Assembly (NCBI GenBank): GCA_030167865.1
Contig: JALAGF010005068.1
Span: forward strand, 1-64,000
Direction of reading: 5' to 3'
Length of the DNA stretch: 64,000 nucleotides
DNA from: Craspedostauros australis
Taxonomy: Eukaryota
Numbering within the stretch: the first letter of the stretch is position 1; each line of letters opens with the position of its first letter. Shown here piece after piece: positions 13,001 to 25,044 of the stretch. The translations under genes were made by a program, and so were the position numbers. The notes under the pieces are model-generated. The model did not search any database. It had not been told where the DNA came from and saw only the letters and a program-made list of their open reading frames with translations.

Positions 13001-14583
13001 ATGACGGGGAGTCGCTGGTGCCGATGGATTGGAAGCCACCTGCGCTGAGGCTGTTCCGTGACGCCTCGCGTGCCAAGTTCTCCAGTTTGGGCTGCTACGC
13101 GGCAGTCGCCTCCATCCTCAACCACGGCGAATCGTTGAAGACGGGTGATGCGCTGGCCAAGATGCAGGCGATGACTGTCGCCTTGCGTCCATTGCTGAAG
13201 AAGCTCGACCAGGCATCGTCCGAGGCCTCCAAGTCCTGCCTACGACTTGCGCAGCTCGACGTGGAGGACGAATCCATGGTGGCTGGAGTCTCCGGCGTCG
13301 CTGGAATGTGGCGAGCTGCCGCGGACGAACTCCTCGGCAGCGTTTACAAGCTCCTCATGTCCGACGAAGGATTGGGACCGGAGACCCTCAGCTTGTGCGA
13401 AGAGCTTGCCGACAACGTCCTGCGCCTCGTGGCTCAGTTCGCATCCACCCTGCGTTCTGCCAACCTGCACACAGACGATGATGACAAGTTCCACCCATTC
13501 TCTCCGGAAGTTGCAGATGTCTGGGAGGGAGTCACGAAGCTCGCCCGGACAATTCGGTCCACCGATGGCGACGAGGATGACATCAACTACCTCCTTCGTG
13601 CGCGTGGCATCGAGCACTCCCTGGAGGATGCCATCGAGAAGAAACCAAAGCTCGCCCTGTCCAACGCCAAGGTGGCGAGTTTGGAAAAGAGCCTGGCGAC
13701 ACGATCGAAGGAGATCGCCATGCAGAACGCCCGCCTTGCCGAGCTCGAGAAGCTTCTGGCCAAGACCAGCGCGCAACCATCGCCACGCATCATCTCATCG
13801 GACATGGCATCCTCCGAGGAGATGAACAGCCTCAAGGAGGAGATCCGCGTCTTGACGGAGGCCATGGACGTGCTGCACAGACAGGTGGAAGAGTACGAGA
13901 GCGAGATCCGCTTCCTCAAGGATGCCAAGTCGCCCCAGGCGAAGAGGACCATGCGCACGCCACGCCGTATGATCAGCGACATCGGTGATCGACGTGGAAG
14001 CAACGACGATCTGCAATCGCTTTCCGCAGCCGTCAACACCGGCGTGTTCGAAGCCGCCCTCTTCCGCCCTGCCCTCGCCGCCGCAAGACGTGATGCGGCG
14101 CAATGGAAGGCCCAGGCCACAGTCTCGACGCTGCTCGAATTGCCACCGCTCGTCATCCCCGCTGTATCCACCGGAGAGGAGGAGAAGACCGAGCATGACG
14201 AGAGTCACGCCACCGTGAATGTGAACATGAATGTGTCGGATCCGTTGCATCAGCTGTCCTCGGCCATGTCCGAGTACAGACTGCAGGCAGCATCCGTCAA
14301 GGTCGTCGACTTGGGCGACACCAAGCGAAGCGCCAGGTCGTGCTTCCGCGAGAACATGATGAAGAAGGCGTCCGCCGCCAGCCGTTTGGATCAGGCGACA
14401 GCAGCCGCAAGACAATGGTTGGAATTCAACAAGAGCGACGTGGGCACCGTCCCCAAATACGACCTTGCATCCCAGCCGCTCGTGGGCAGGGTGAAGGTGG
14501 CTGGCAGCGAGCCGGTCAAGACGGTCCAAACCGCCGCCAATCCGGAGGATCTCTTCCGTCTCCAGCTCCACATGGTTCGTTAA
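10088..14583 (+). CDS. DCTN1: Dynactin p150Glued-like protein; exons 10088-11937 and 12210-14583 (~1407 aa)
   Basis: N-terminal CAP-Gly domain (WVGIRL...GRNDGSVQGKPYFSC...GLFVK), long coiled coil with LALDKEQLEE and NVRLREALIRLRE; GT(11938)..CAG(12209) intron restores the frame (EEAIKM|QRKRE). Confidence 0.88.
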
Positions 14584-15496
14584 GTCGAGTGGTCAAGAGA
14601 TGGGTTGGTCCATGTGGAGTCGTATAGTATGAATGCATGTATACATGCTCGTACTGCAGGGTAGTTGCATTGCATGGTATCTGTGTACCCTGGCATTGCG
14701 TTGTACTGTGCAATACTCCACGACGAAAGCAACTTCAGTGTCGTTATTGAACAAAGCATGAGCGTTGGTAGAGGTATATCCAGACGTAGATTGCAAGTAT
14801 AGTATTACTCTCGTCTGTTCTATTCTATGGTGTATGTCGTCAATCGCATCACATGTGCACGTTGCCTTGCATGGGAATAGAATCACCGTCGGAACAACGT
14901 GTGACGGAAGAGTGCAGAGTCGTTCCGCTGCATCCGTCCAAGTACGTATTCGCACGACTCTGGAGCAGCACCGAGCATTCCCATCGTCGAAGGATGAACA
15001 GATGTAAGAGCATGATTGTTCGAATGTTTGTGAAAGCGTTGATGGTGTCCTCTTCGTGTGTCTATTGTGTGTACTTATATTTCGTTTATTCGCTTGCTGT
15101 ATGGTATGGTGAGTATAGTATGATGGATAGTATCTGGTATCATCTTGGTCAAGTGTATGATTCTCTTGGGTGTGCTTGTGTATGGTGTGATATGGTGTGA
15201 TGGTTGGTGATGCACGCTCATCACTGTGGCTCGGTACGATACGGATATGCATGCTCTGTGCATATGTAGCAATGTGTGTTGTTGCAGGAGATCGCTTGCT
15301 CCTGTAGTACCGATGCCCATCTATGGCTGGGTGCTCTGTGCACCCAGCGTGCGGCCGTCATGGTGTCTAGTCCTCTATTGTAACTCAAAAATCACGGCCG
15401 CATCGTCCACGTTCTGTCACGTGGTGAATGTGCATCCTGCCAGAGATGCAGGTGGTTGTGGTGTCGACGATGACGGTTGGCTATCATCGCCGTGGT

Positions 15497-16670
15497 TTAC
15501 ACGGATGGTCCGCAGCATGACCAGACGAATTGGTGGAATCGCTCCATGACGCTGTCGAAGAGGGATTCATCTTCAGGAGAAGCCGCGTCTCGTGGTTTCT
15601 TGACCTCGACTGGCTTGTCCTTGGCGGGCGTCATGCTGCCCTCTCCGCACGGCTTCCACACCAAAGCCTGCTCGTCCCATTCCTCACGCAGGACGTCCAT
15701 GATGACCATTCGCTTCTCCGGGGTGTCGTACGGAGGCAGGAAGTTTGGTTCAAAATGATGCGAGATGTTCTCACGATCCGTGAAGAGCCAGATGCCGCTG
15801 GAGTACTCCTCCTTGCTTGATTCCACCATGGAGTGACCGGAGCCCTTCGATGCGCCATGTCCGGCCCCAACGAGCAGCGGATCGGCTGGCGAGTCTTGGC
15901 GGCGACTGTCCATGATTTCATCATCGTTGGCACCGTATCCACGGCTGTCACCGGCGGTCTCTGCGATCTTGGGCAGGGGCTTGCCATCTGGACCAACACG
16001 ATCCGTGTTGAGAGGCTGTGGACCGATCTTCCTCCAGCGCTGCACCGCCTTCTCACACTTGTCGAAGTACTGCTCGCGATGCTGATCGGAGCGGAACTCG
16101 GCCTTGCGCAAGATGGTGGAGTGGAATGCTCCGGGGCAGAATCTGCTGGGGAAGATGAACCGCTTGAACAGCTGGTTGTGCAGGAATCGCAGCTGCCAGT
16201 TGATGGGCAAGGGTGCATCTAGGTTGTCAAAATCTGGAATGGCCGGTTCCATGTCGAACCGGATCTCCAATTCCGGTGGGGTGTCCGGGTTGGCCACGAC
16301 TGCCGTTGGGAGCACCTCGATTTGCGGGATGAGGATCTCGCCGGATTGCATCACGCGGACGATCTCCTCCTGCGGAACTCCACCCCACTCCTTCCTGTAC
16401 GTGCCGATCCTCATGACCTCGACGTGCGCAGAGTCCTTCGCCGCCAGCTTGTAGGTGGACGGAGGACCTGGCTCGCCGCCACCAACGAGCCATCCGTCGT
16501 CGTTGGTGGAGAACAGGTGCTCGTAGTCGCGGTCCAGCACCTCGTTGAGGTCGAACGCGGTTTGGTGCGTCACGGACCCCGAATGCCCAGCCACGGATTT
16601 GCGGGCAAGCGAGAGCCCGAGGAATGCGAGGCCATCGACCTTGGAGTTCTTGGGATCGAGTACAGGAGGC
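15497..16670 (-). CDS. Uncharacterised protein, possibly 2H-phosphoesterase-like; 5' exon(s) unresolved
   Basis: 365-aa ORF with strong coding bias. The frame stays open upstream of the GTG at 16594 past a probable CAG acceptor (~16671), with a CTAAC branch-like site further upstream. Motifs AHVEV and FHSTI. Confidence 0.7.
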
Positions 16671-17806
16671 TGCGGTTGTGGTGGCGATTGCGTATGAGAG
16701 CGGATGTTGAAGAGAATGTTGCGGCGAATGTTGGGTGGAGGTGGAGGTGAAAGAGAGAGTTTGCGTTAGTTGCAGCTGTTGGAGGTCACAGGTAGCGCTT
16801 TCAACATGAGGCCCAGCACAGGAACAGGCTACGCTGCGTGCGGGTAGCGTGCTCGTGCGCCATCGTCAAATCGATTGCTCTCCTCGACTCATCCGCAGCG
16901 TACTACGATACGGTCTGGCACATAGTGATACATACCATTGTTACGTTGTTGGTGGTGAAACCGTTGATTTTTGTTGGATTGGCAAATTATGACGAGATGC
17001 AGCTTCGGAGGCAACACCTTGTCCTCATTCAGGTCATCATTTTCCACATTTACTCTGTCTCAGTTTCGTGTTTGTCCATGGGCGATTTTTCACTATCCCA
17101 TGTCCGTTCAAAACCGTTAACGTTGGCGCACTGTGTCGCGCCTCGGTGGCAAAACTTCACAACAAATTGTCCGTAACGCTATTGGCGGAGGCTCAACGGA
17201 TTGCCAGCCGCGCTGTTGTGTTCCGCGCTTGTTCTCGATGTGATGAAAGGAGTGGAGTGGGGGGCCGTGCCGGTCTTGGTGGCACTGCCGACGACCACAA
17301 CCGCGCTGACTTTGCGGACTGTTCGCCTTTTTTGGGCCATCGCGAAGAAAGGGTCTGCGTTGCTCACGAACTCTGGAGCGGAGTTACGACACTCCACAGA
17401 GCGTCGTAGGCGGCTATTATCACTCTCTACCCTGGAGTAGAATAGTAGTAGATGAAAGGCATCACAAGGATGAATCCGTCGAGCTTGTGTCAACTTGATT
17501 GTGATCTCTATCGTCATAGTGTTGCACTCGAGCATGGAAGATAGGAGTCCTTTCTCGTCATGATTGCTTTGTCATCGTATTCTACTATTCTATTTTCATG
17601 TTTTTTATTATTATTATTTTAGCAACAGTGTTTGTTTCCCCTTCCTTCATCCGTTGCTTCGGCTGGAGGCCGCCCAGGAAGCAGCGATTTTCAGACTTCT
17701 AATCACTCACTCTCTCTCTCTCTCTCTCGAATAATTGTCGGTATTCATTTCCCCTTTGCAGTCGGATCGATGCGTTTCATCAACAAGCGAGTCTGTGCTC
17801 TACGAG

Positions 17807-19684
17807 CTAGTCAAACGTCGCATGCAAGATGAGCTCGATGGAAGTCTCCGTATCCTGGCTCAAGGCTCGGATCCGGTCCGTCGATTGCACCTTGCGCATG
17901 TGGCCACGTTGTTGATCGGCTGTGCCAGTGTGGGGCTGTTGCACACCCGCTGTTGCATTCGATTTCGATTTCGCGTTCGCGTTCACGTTCATACTCAATT
18001 CAGGATCAGTGGATGATGAATCAACAACCAAAGTGGTCGTTGTGGTCGGCAAGAAGAACATCTCATCCACCCCGAGCGTTGTCGTGGTGGAGCTGCTCCT
18101 GTTGCTTTCGTCGATGGTTGCGCATCTGTGAAATCCACGTAGAGCGGCATTGTTCTCCGACGGCATCCATGGCATGGTCATGTTGGCCATGTTGTTCATC
18201 GTGTCCATACCGTCCACCTTGTCTATTGCGTTGGTTCTTGGTTGAGATGGAAACAGCAAGGTGCTGCTGTTGTTGTTGTCGTGGGTTGGCGTCGGAACAA
18301 CGGCAGCCATGGGATTCCGAGAGGCAGAGAGGACGGGATGCATGCCATCCGGCTTCGATTCTTCGTTCAGCGGCGTGTCGCAACTCCCCGATTGCGTCAT
18401 GCTTGCCAGGAACGAGTCATCTCCGGATGGCATGATTGAGAGACCATCAAAGGTGAACTTCGCAGGACGCTTTGGCATCGTCTTCGACGGTGTCAACCCA
18501 TCCAGTCCCACGCCGTACACGTAGTTCGTTGCGCTGATGGCGGCAAAATACTGTGTCTCATTCAAGTTGCCGCCGTGGCTGCTCAGGTCATCACCATCGT
18601 CATCAAGACGTGAGGTGATGCTCTGGTCGCATTGTGCAGTCGTAAAGCGTCGTTGGTTCGGGCGTTCATTCGGATGTTCGGCATCGTCATGCACAGGACG
18701 ATGATCGACCCCAGTCCTTCCTTCCAGACCATGCTGGTTCCCAAACGAGAAGGTGGTTGTCGTTGCCCCTCGCCCAGACCGCAACGTCGAATCATGCATC
18801 CATCGTCTGTCGTCTATTCTGGATGCCACCGATCTCGACAGCGACGAACAGACGGGGATCAGCCCCATTCGCAGACGAATCTCAGACGCGATCGATTCCT
18901 CGCAGGTTGGCCCGGCTCTTCGCCTGTGACGGCTCCTGGCAAGCTCATGATGATGCTCACGGAGATCACCCAGAGGCGTCTTTGCTGCTTGCTTCCTCGT
19001 GCAGGCAACGCACATACGTGGTTGCCGCTGCTGCTGTCGTGTTTGTTTGTGTTGCTTCTGTTCATCGTCCCGGAGATCGCAAGAGTTGGCTGTTGCATTG
19101 TTCAGAAACATAGTGTTCTCCCCATCAACACAATCGTTGTGGCCAATCGTCCTTCCTTCTTCACCATTTGAGTTCTTGCTTCCGGTTTCCTCACTGGTGC
19201 TGCTGGCGTTGTCAGTGCCGACGTTCCGAAGGTCGGTCTTGTCTTTGCCGCTACGCTTGCCCCCGACTTTTCCCTTGAAGAACGACTTGATCTTCTTTTT
19301 CGCCGAGGAGCGCTTGCTCTTCTTGCTCTGTGAAGAAGGTGGTTGTTCTATCGCGGATTCCCCGTTCTTCGTCTCCGTGTGAATGGATTGCATCGACGAT
19401 AACGACTTCATCTTTCTGGACTTGGATGAGATGGTCGATGCGTCGACATTGATGGTGAGAAGTGGTGTGTTGCATCTGCTGCATTGGTTGGGATTGCACA
19501 AGGCAGATGATGGTGATGGTGACGGTGACGAGGACGACGCCTCAGTTTTCTTGGAACCTGCGTCATGACCCTTGTCACTCTTGTTCTTGTTCAGGTGCAG
19601 ATTGCTGCTCCCATCATCGTACGCACCACGTCCATGGTGATTCTGGTTTCCGATGACAACACCCAAGCTCGGTCTGAACTTCAT
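17807..19684 (-). CDS. Low-complexity protein with two separated CxxC motifs
   Basis: Long ORF (17807-19801), first ATG at 19684; CSRCNTPL and CVAC motifs; Ser/Thr/Asn-rich. Confidence 0.65.
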   Translation of the reverse strand: MKFRPSLGVVIGNQNHHGRGAYDDGSSNLHLNKNKSDKGHDAGSKKTEASSSSPSPSPSSALCNPNQCSRCNTPLLTINVDASTISSKSRKMKSLSSMQSIHTETKNGESAIEQPPSSQSKKSKRSSAKKKIKSFFKGKVGGKRSGKDKTDLRNVGTDNASSTSEETGSKNSNGEEGRTIGHNDCVDGENTMFLNNATANSCDLRDDEQKQHKQTRQQQRQPRMCVACTRKQAAKTPLGDLREHHHELARSRHRRRAGPTCEESIASEIRLRMGLIPVCSSLSRSVASRIDDRRWMHDSTLRSGRGATTTTFSFGNQHGLEGRTGVDHRPVHDDAEHPNERPNQRRFTTAQCDQSITSRLDDDGDDLSSHGGNLNETQYFAAISATNYVYGVGLDGLTPSKTMPKRPAKFTFDGLSIMPSGDDSFLASMTQSGSCDTPLNEESKPDGMHPVLSASRNPMAAVVPTPTHDNNNSSTLLFPSQPRTNAIDKVDGMDTMNNMANMTMPWMPSENNAALRGFHRCATIDESNRSSSTTTTLGVDEMFFLPTTTTTLVVDSSSTDPELSMNVNANAKSKSNATAGVQQPHTGTADQQRGHMRKVQSTDRIRALSQDTETSIELILHATFD

Positions 19685-20409
19685 GATGCTTTGCGTCCTT
19701 CCGCAAGTTCCAGACACTGCACCAACGACAGCGAGGTGAACCCCCCGACACTTCCAAAAGTAGGAACCTCCGAAGCCACAAGATTGCAACTGGAATTGCA
19801 ATCTTTCTTCGTCTCCTCTACTGCGATGTTGATGGTTGTTGGTGGTGGTGCTTGGGAGAACAGTGAGGACAAATTGTGAGTTGCCAAGTGATGATGTTGG
19901 TTTGGTTTCTTACCAACCGTTATTTTTGTCGAACACACGAAATGACTTTCGGCGAGCTTGCTCTTGTGGTCGAGGCATTCGGGCATCGCCAACCAAGACA
20001 AACTTATTCGATCCAGTCAGCAATCCACCTATGTGGTCAAGGTAGTCAAATGATATCAATCTGCTTCCGATATATCTAGATACAAATAGGTAGATTGGTG
20101 TCAAGATGACTATGCGAACTTCCGGGTCCTCATCGCAAAAAAGATTGGCGTCAACAACAGGGGACATCAACGAGAGAGGACACAACGCGAGCTTCGATTT
20201 CGGCGCAAAACGAAGCGTCGGCAGTCCATCTGGCCATCCTGCGCAACATCAAACACAGATCCACAGCGCCATACCCTCCACACATCAAACCACTTGGTGC
20301 AGACACAAGAGGGAGAGGCAGAGGATTGGCCACCAGCAACCGAATATATTACAAAGAGAGCAGATCAAAGAAGCATACGACCTGCTACTCCTGCGGACGA
20401 GGAAGGACG

Positions 20410-23145
20410 ATGATGATGATGGACACGAAAGCTACCGCGGTACAAGCCGCATTCGTCGTGCTTTGCATGATCGGGTCAATGTTGCCATCTGCGGAGGCAT
20501 TCATGTCCCAATTCACACCGACTGCACATTCGCACCTCCCTTCTTCTTCTTCTTGTGCAGGAGCCATCTCATGCCCAAGCTATGTCGCATTTGATTCGCG
20601 ACAATTCGGTGGACGAGACTTCGCTTTCGGTCTGCAGGCGAAAGCTGGTGATGGAGATGGAGATGCAGGTGATAGCCCCTCATCGCAATCGGCGTCGTCG
20701 CCGTCTTCGAAGCAGAAGAAACCAAATGCCAAAGGCAAGGCCAAAGGCAAGCGTAAGAAGTCACCATCAAAGAAAGGCGGTTCCAAATCAAAGGGAGAGG
20801 TTTCCTCCTCGTCCTCCTCTTCTGACAGAGAACGGAAAAAGAAGGAACTCATGAAGTCCGTGCAGACCCAGATGAAGAAGCAGAGGTCCTCGGCGAACAG
20901 GCAGGGATCGCAGCAGAAACAAAGGCAACCGAACAAGGGCGCACCGCGGCAATCCTCCCAGGCAACTCAGGAAGCGGAAAGCAACGCCAGCAACACCGAT
21001 GGCAACACGGAGGCCGGAGCGAAGCCCAACAGCATCCTCTCCAGCCTGAACCCCTTCCAGGCCGGGCAGAATTTGCGCAAAACCCTCGACAGCCTGACGA
21101 CGAACCTCGGCGGCCTCTCCGAAGAAACGAAACAAAAGTACTACATCGACGATCGCCTGTCATCATCGGATGGCTTCCTCTCGTCTTCGTCGTCGCAGGA
21201 GCGTTCCGGATCGCTCGAGAAGCTGCTGGAACGCGATGATTACATCCCGGAGGTGCTGGTCGTCGGTGCGACCGGAGAAGTCGGACGGCGCGTCGTGCGT
21301 CGGTTGCTGCTCGAGGGGCGCTTCCGCGTCCGAGTCCTCGTGCGCGACTTGTACTCCGAAACGTTGAACATGCTGGGGACGGGCGTCACGTACTGCCAGG
21401 GCGATCTCAGCAACATGGAGAGCTTGGAGTACGCCGTGACGGACGTGGACAAGATCGTCTTTTGCGCCGGCGCACCCAGGCCAGACGAGAATGATTTCAA
21501 GCGCAACTTCCAAACGTTCGTGCAGGAGAACTTGCGCAACGGCGAGAAGGGCGACGAGAAGAGTGACGACGATGGCTCGATAAGCGACATGGAATGGGAA
21601 CAGCTCGACTACGTGCTGGACCTCCGATCGAAGCTGGCGGAGCAGGTGGACTTGGTAGGAGTGGGGAACCTCGTGCGCGCGTACCAGAACGTTCGGCACG
21701 CAGATTACGGAACCTCCCAGGCTGCCAAACGATCGCTCTTCAAGTTTTCAAGCCGGCCTGAAGATTTCACCTTGTTCTCGATCGATGACACGAGCGTGGA
21801 CGACCGCGCATTCCAGGGAGGCAGCAAGGCCAGCACAGGCGCCGATTCTCAATCAACATCTACCAAACCAGTTGGTCAGAACACTGACTACCCTGATGAC
21901 GATGGCAACGGTGGTGATGGCAAGTACGATGAGTATGACTTCTATGATGAGTACGATGAATACGAAGACGTGTACGGTGATGACTATGACGACGACGACG
22001 ATGACAGTGACGGTGATGGCTCCCGGTTGGAGAAACGCCGGGATGTTACGTCGCAGGTGCAGTGCCGGTGGTTGCGCAACGAGATGGGCAGCGGCGTGTT
22101 TGTTGGCAAGATCCCCAAGTCGGAAAGCGCCGGTGGCGTGCAAGGTGAGGCTGCCATCATCAGCAGCAGGCTGCGCGCTCGCGATGATCCAGACAACGGC
22201 ATCGATCTGGGATCTGTGTTTGCTGGATTCGTTGTGCGGGCCATCGCCGATGGCAGCAACTTCGAGGCCTTCATCCGGACGTCGTCCTACGAAGATGATG
22301 GAGTAGAGTACGTCTGCCCGTTCTCCACCCAAACCAAGGCATTCCGCGGCACCAACAGGAGCAAGAACAAGGCTGTCACCATTCGGCTTCCATTCGATAG
22401 TTTCGTCCCGGTGCTCAAGCGGGAGATGTCCACGACGGCGTCCGCAGACGGCGACGATGGCCAGCAGCGCGTCACCGCCGCACCATTCACAGGATCCGAT
22501 GTCCGGTACATTGGTTTTCGGTACCGCAGCGCAGCGAATGACTTCCCCACAGAGCTCGAGCAGCGGATGCAGGGGCAACCGAAGGACCGCGGCTTCATCA
22601 GCTTCTACCTTGCCATGAGGCATATCAAGGTCTACCGACAGCAGCCAGAGCCGGAGTTCGTCTACTTGAGCGATGCCCGCATCCCCAAGCACACCAAGCG
22701 CGGGATGGTGCGACACGACCTGCAGCAGCTCCTCACGGCCGACGAACTCGACACGGCCTCCGCCTCCGACGAAGCGAGTGCCGTGGAAATCATCAGCGAA
22801 GATCTGCTGACGAGTGCCAACGATCGGTCCCAGCGCAGCAAGGCAGAGACGTATTTCAAGTACCGCGGCGAAGAGATCTTGAAGAACAGCGGTTTAAGCT
22901 ACACGATCATCCGCGTCGCAGGTTTCAACGAGCTGATGAGCGGCGAGGCCAGCACGATCGATCTGAGCAGCGCGGTTGGCGACGACATCGCCCCCGTCTC
23001 AAGAGACGAGGCTGCCCAAGTCTGCGTCGGCGCGTTGATGGACCCGAACGCCCTGAACAAGAGCGTCTACATGGGCAAGCGACAGAAAGGCAGCGTGTCG
23101 GATGAAAATATTGGTGCCAAATTCGCGACGTTGCCGAAGGACTGA
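20410..23145 (+). CDS. Plastid-targeted HCF173-like NAD(P)-binding (atypical SDR) protein with inserted CIA30-like domain
   Basis: Signal peptide ending AEA-F (ASAFAP-like); VLVVGATGEVGRRVV; YKYRGEE-like FKYRGEEILKNSGLSYTIIR; central SSRL...GF...DG...IRLPFDSF segment. Confidence 0.8.
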   Translation: MMMMDTKATAVQAAFVVLCMIGSMLPSAEAFMSQFTPTAHSHLPSSSSCAGAISCPSYVAFDSRQFGGRDFAFGLQAKAGDGDGDAGDSPSSQSASSPSSKQKKPNAKGKAKGKRKKSPSKKGGSKSKGEVSSSSSSSDRERKKKELMKSVQTQMKKQRSSANRQGSQQKQRQPNKGAPRQSSQATQEAESNASNTDGNTEAGAKPNSILSSLNPFQAGQNLRKTLDSLTTNLGGLSEETKQKYYIDDRLSSSDGFLSSSSSQERSGSLEKLLERDDYIPEVLVVGATGEVGRRVVRRLLLEGRFRVRVLVRDLYSETLNMLGTGVTYCQGDLSNMESLEYAVTDVDKIVFCAGAPRPDENDFKRNFQTFVQENLRNGEKGDEKSDDDGSISDMEWEQLDYVLDLRSKLAEQVDLVGVGNLVRAYQNVRHADYGTSQAAKRSLFKFSSRPEDFTLFSIDDTSVDDRAFQGGSKASTGADSQSTSTKPVGQNTDYPDDDGNGGDGKYDEYDFYDEYDEYEDVYGDDYDDDDDDSDGDGSRLEKRRDVTSQVQCRWLRNEMGSGVFVGKIPKSESAGGVQGEAAIISSRLRARDDPDNGIDLGSVFAGFVVRAIADGSNFEAFIRTSSYEDDGVEYVCPFSTQTKAFRGTNRSKNKAVTIRLPFDSFVPVLKREMSTTASADGDDGQQRVTAAPFTGSDVRYIGFRYRSAANDFPTELEQRMQGQPKDRGFISFYLAMRHIKVYRQQPEPEFVYLSDARIPKHTKRGMVRHDLQQLLTADELDTASASDEASAVEIISEDLLTSANDRSQRSKAETYFKYRGEEILKNSGLSYTIIRVAGFNELMSGEASTIDLSSAVGDDIAPVSRDEAAQVCVGALMDPNALNKSVYMGKRQKGSVSDENIGAKFATLPKD

Positions 23146-24024
23146 TGGCCATCGCCAATGCGAGTGACCTGTGACATCATTCGATTCCGTTGGAGATAGC
23201 AGACCGACAGTCGCACTGAGGTACGCTAAATTCCATTAGGAGAAACTTCAGCGCGCGCTCGCAAGCAGGCAGGCCCAATTGCCTCAAATACCGTTGCTAG
23301 AGAGCACTCCGAAATGCGTCGACCAAGGCCATAGCACGTAGGTCGTCTTCTGTAGAGTACGTACCCACACATGATAGGTAGGTTCAGATTGGGGCATACG
23401 TACCATACATAATCGCAGTCGAGAAGGATGTATCGAGAACACCGCATGCACACGCAGTTTACAGCTCAGTTTAACCCCTATTAGCAGAATACTCGTAGGT
23501 CTTCGTATTCTTGTTTGGGTGGTCGTATGGAGTGCCGCACATACGATTACTCGCACTGCGCGTGCTCGATTCTGGGTTTCTCTTTGCAGGCATCCTGTGT
23601 TGTCGCTTCTCACTTGCTGCCAGTGAATAGTGCATAGGAACAGGAGTGTCCAAATGATGGGCAATGATACTGGCACGATAGGTGTACGAGTGGGCGGAGC
23701 AGAGGTGACGATACTGATAGCTGCGGTGACTCTTTGGACCAGTGTCAATCAGCTTGGCGAGGTGATTCTCTCGTGTTGAGGCTACCTGGGAATTGAACTC
23801 TAGAGAGTATGGCTGTGGAAGGGGCCAAGACTCAACCAGTGCCACAGGCTTCAACATGGCACGGAATCCGACCTGTTCTACGCACATACTCCAGCGTGCT
23901 ACCATACACTCTCTAGAGGCCTCGCGTACTCATCTGAGGATCCAGTTCAGTCGCTACATTTGTTCCACGTCGCATGGTGCAGATGGCGTGGCTCGCAGAG
24001 GTGACCTGGGCAATGCGCTTTGAT

Positions 24025-25044
24025 TCAACACGATGAACCGCCGGACCCTGCACCCGACACCCGCCGCGGTGCTCCGGCCGACCCAGGCTCTCCGCTGCCC
24101 TGCGAATGATCCAACGCAGTCATTCCAGCTTGCGCGGATTGTGGGATCTGCTTCTTTCGTGTCGCACGCTGTTCCTTGATTCGCTGGGTCTTCGAGAAGC
24201 TGCTGGAACGATACCTGTGCTTGAGAAGGTTGCGGAAGACCGTCCCCACTTTCTCGCGGGCGTCTGCCTCGGTCTCCTCCCAGTACCGACCGTCACGGTC
24301 CTGTCGAACGAAGGCGCCTTCGTGGTTCGATGATTCTCGGATCGTATCGATGGTATCGGAGACTATGGCGGATTTGCGTTGACGTGATTGGGTGCTGACA
24401 TACTCCTGCAACCGCGATTGCACCAGCCTCACGAGCCCCAGATTCCCGGCCGATGTGTTGATGACCTTGCCTCGCCCAAAGATCACAGTATGACTGTGCG
24501 GCAGGAAGCTCGTCGGGAGCAAGCGCTTTGCCGAATAGTCCGGTTGCGTCGCCAAAGAGCTGAGCGGGATCGATGTTTCGGAAGCTGAGCTTGCCCTGTT
24601 GCTTGACACCTCCGAGAAGCTGGAGGGTTGGTATGGTGGCGTAAATGAGCACTCTGCACGCCCGCCGAAAGAGGCTGATCCAGAAGTGACGGGTTCTATT
24701 TTTGCGGATTCATGCTGCAAGCTCATCTCGCTCCCATCGCACCGCTGATCGTTGCCTTGCTCATCACCTTGCTCGTCATCAGTGCTATCATCCGCGTGAT
24801 TGACGTCGACGGAAAGGCCGGCCGTGCTATTACCATTGTTGTTGTTGTTGTTGTTGTTGTTGCTCCTCCCTTCGCCTGAACTGGGTGTGTGCCGAAAGGG
24901 AATTGGTTCCACAGATGCCATCATGACGTCGATGAATTGCATCTGAGAGCTGCGATCGAGCTGCAGGAAGACCCGGTGCGCCTCTTCGAAGGTCGTACCC
25001 GTTGGCCATTCCCCGCTCTCGCTGTTTCGTTTCTGTTGCGCCAT
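24025..25044 (-). CDS. DUF6824 domain protein
   Basis: VIFGRGK...GN...Y...KSAIV...GAFVR...W...AREKVGTVFRN; ATG at 25044. Confidence 0.85.
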   Translation of the reverse strand: MAQQKRNSESGEWPTGTTFEEAHRVFLQLDRSSQMQFIDVMMASVEPIPFRHTPSSGEGRSNNNNNNNNNGNSTAGLSVDVNHADDSTDDEQGDEQGNDQRCDGSEMSLQHESAKIEPVTSGSASFGGRAECSFTPPYQPSSFSEVSSNRASSASETSIPLSSLATQPDYSAKRLLPTSFLPHSHTVIFGRGKVINTSAGNLGLVRLVQSRLQEYVSTQSRQRKSAIVSDTIDTIRESSNHEGAFVRQDRDGRYWEETEADAREKVGTVFRNLLKHRYRSSSFSKTQRIKEQRATRKKQIPQSAQAGMTALDHSQGSGEPGSAGAPRRVSGAGSGGSSC

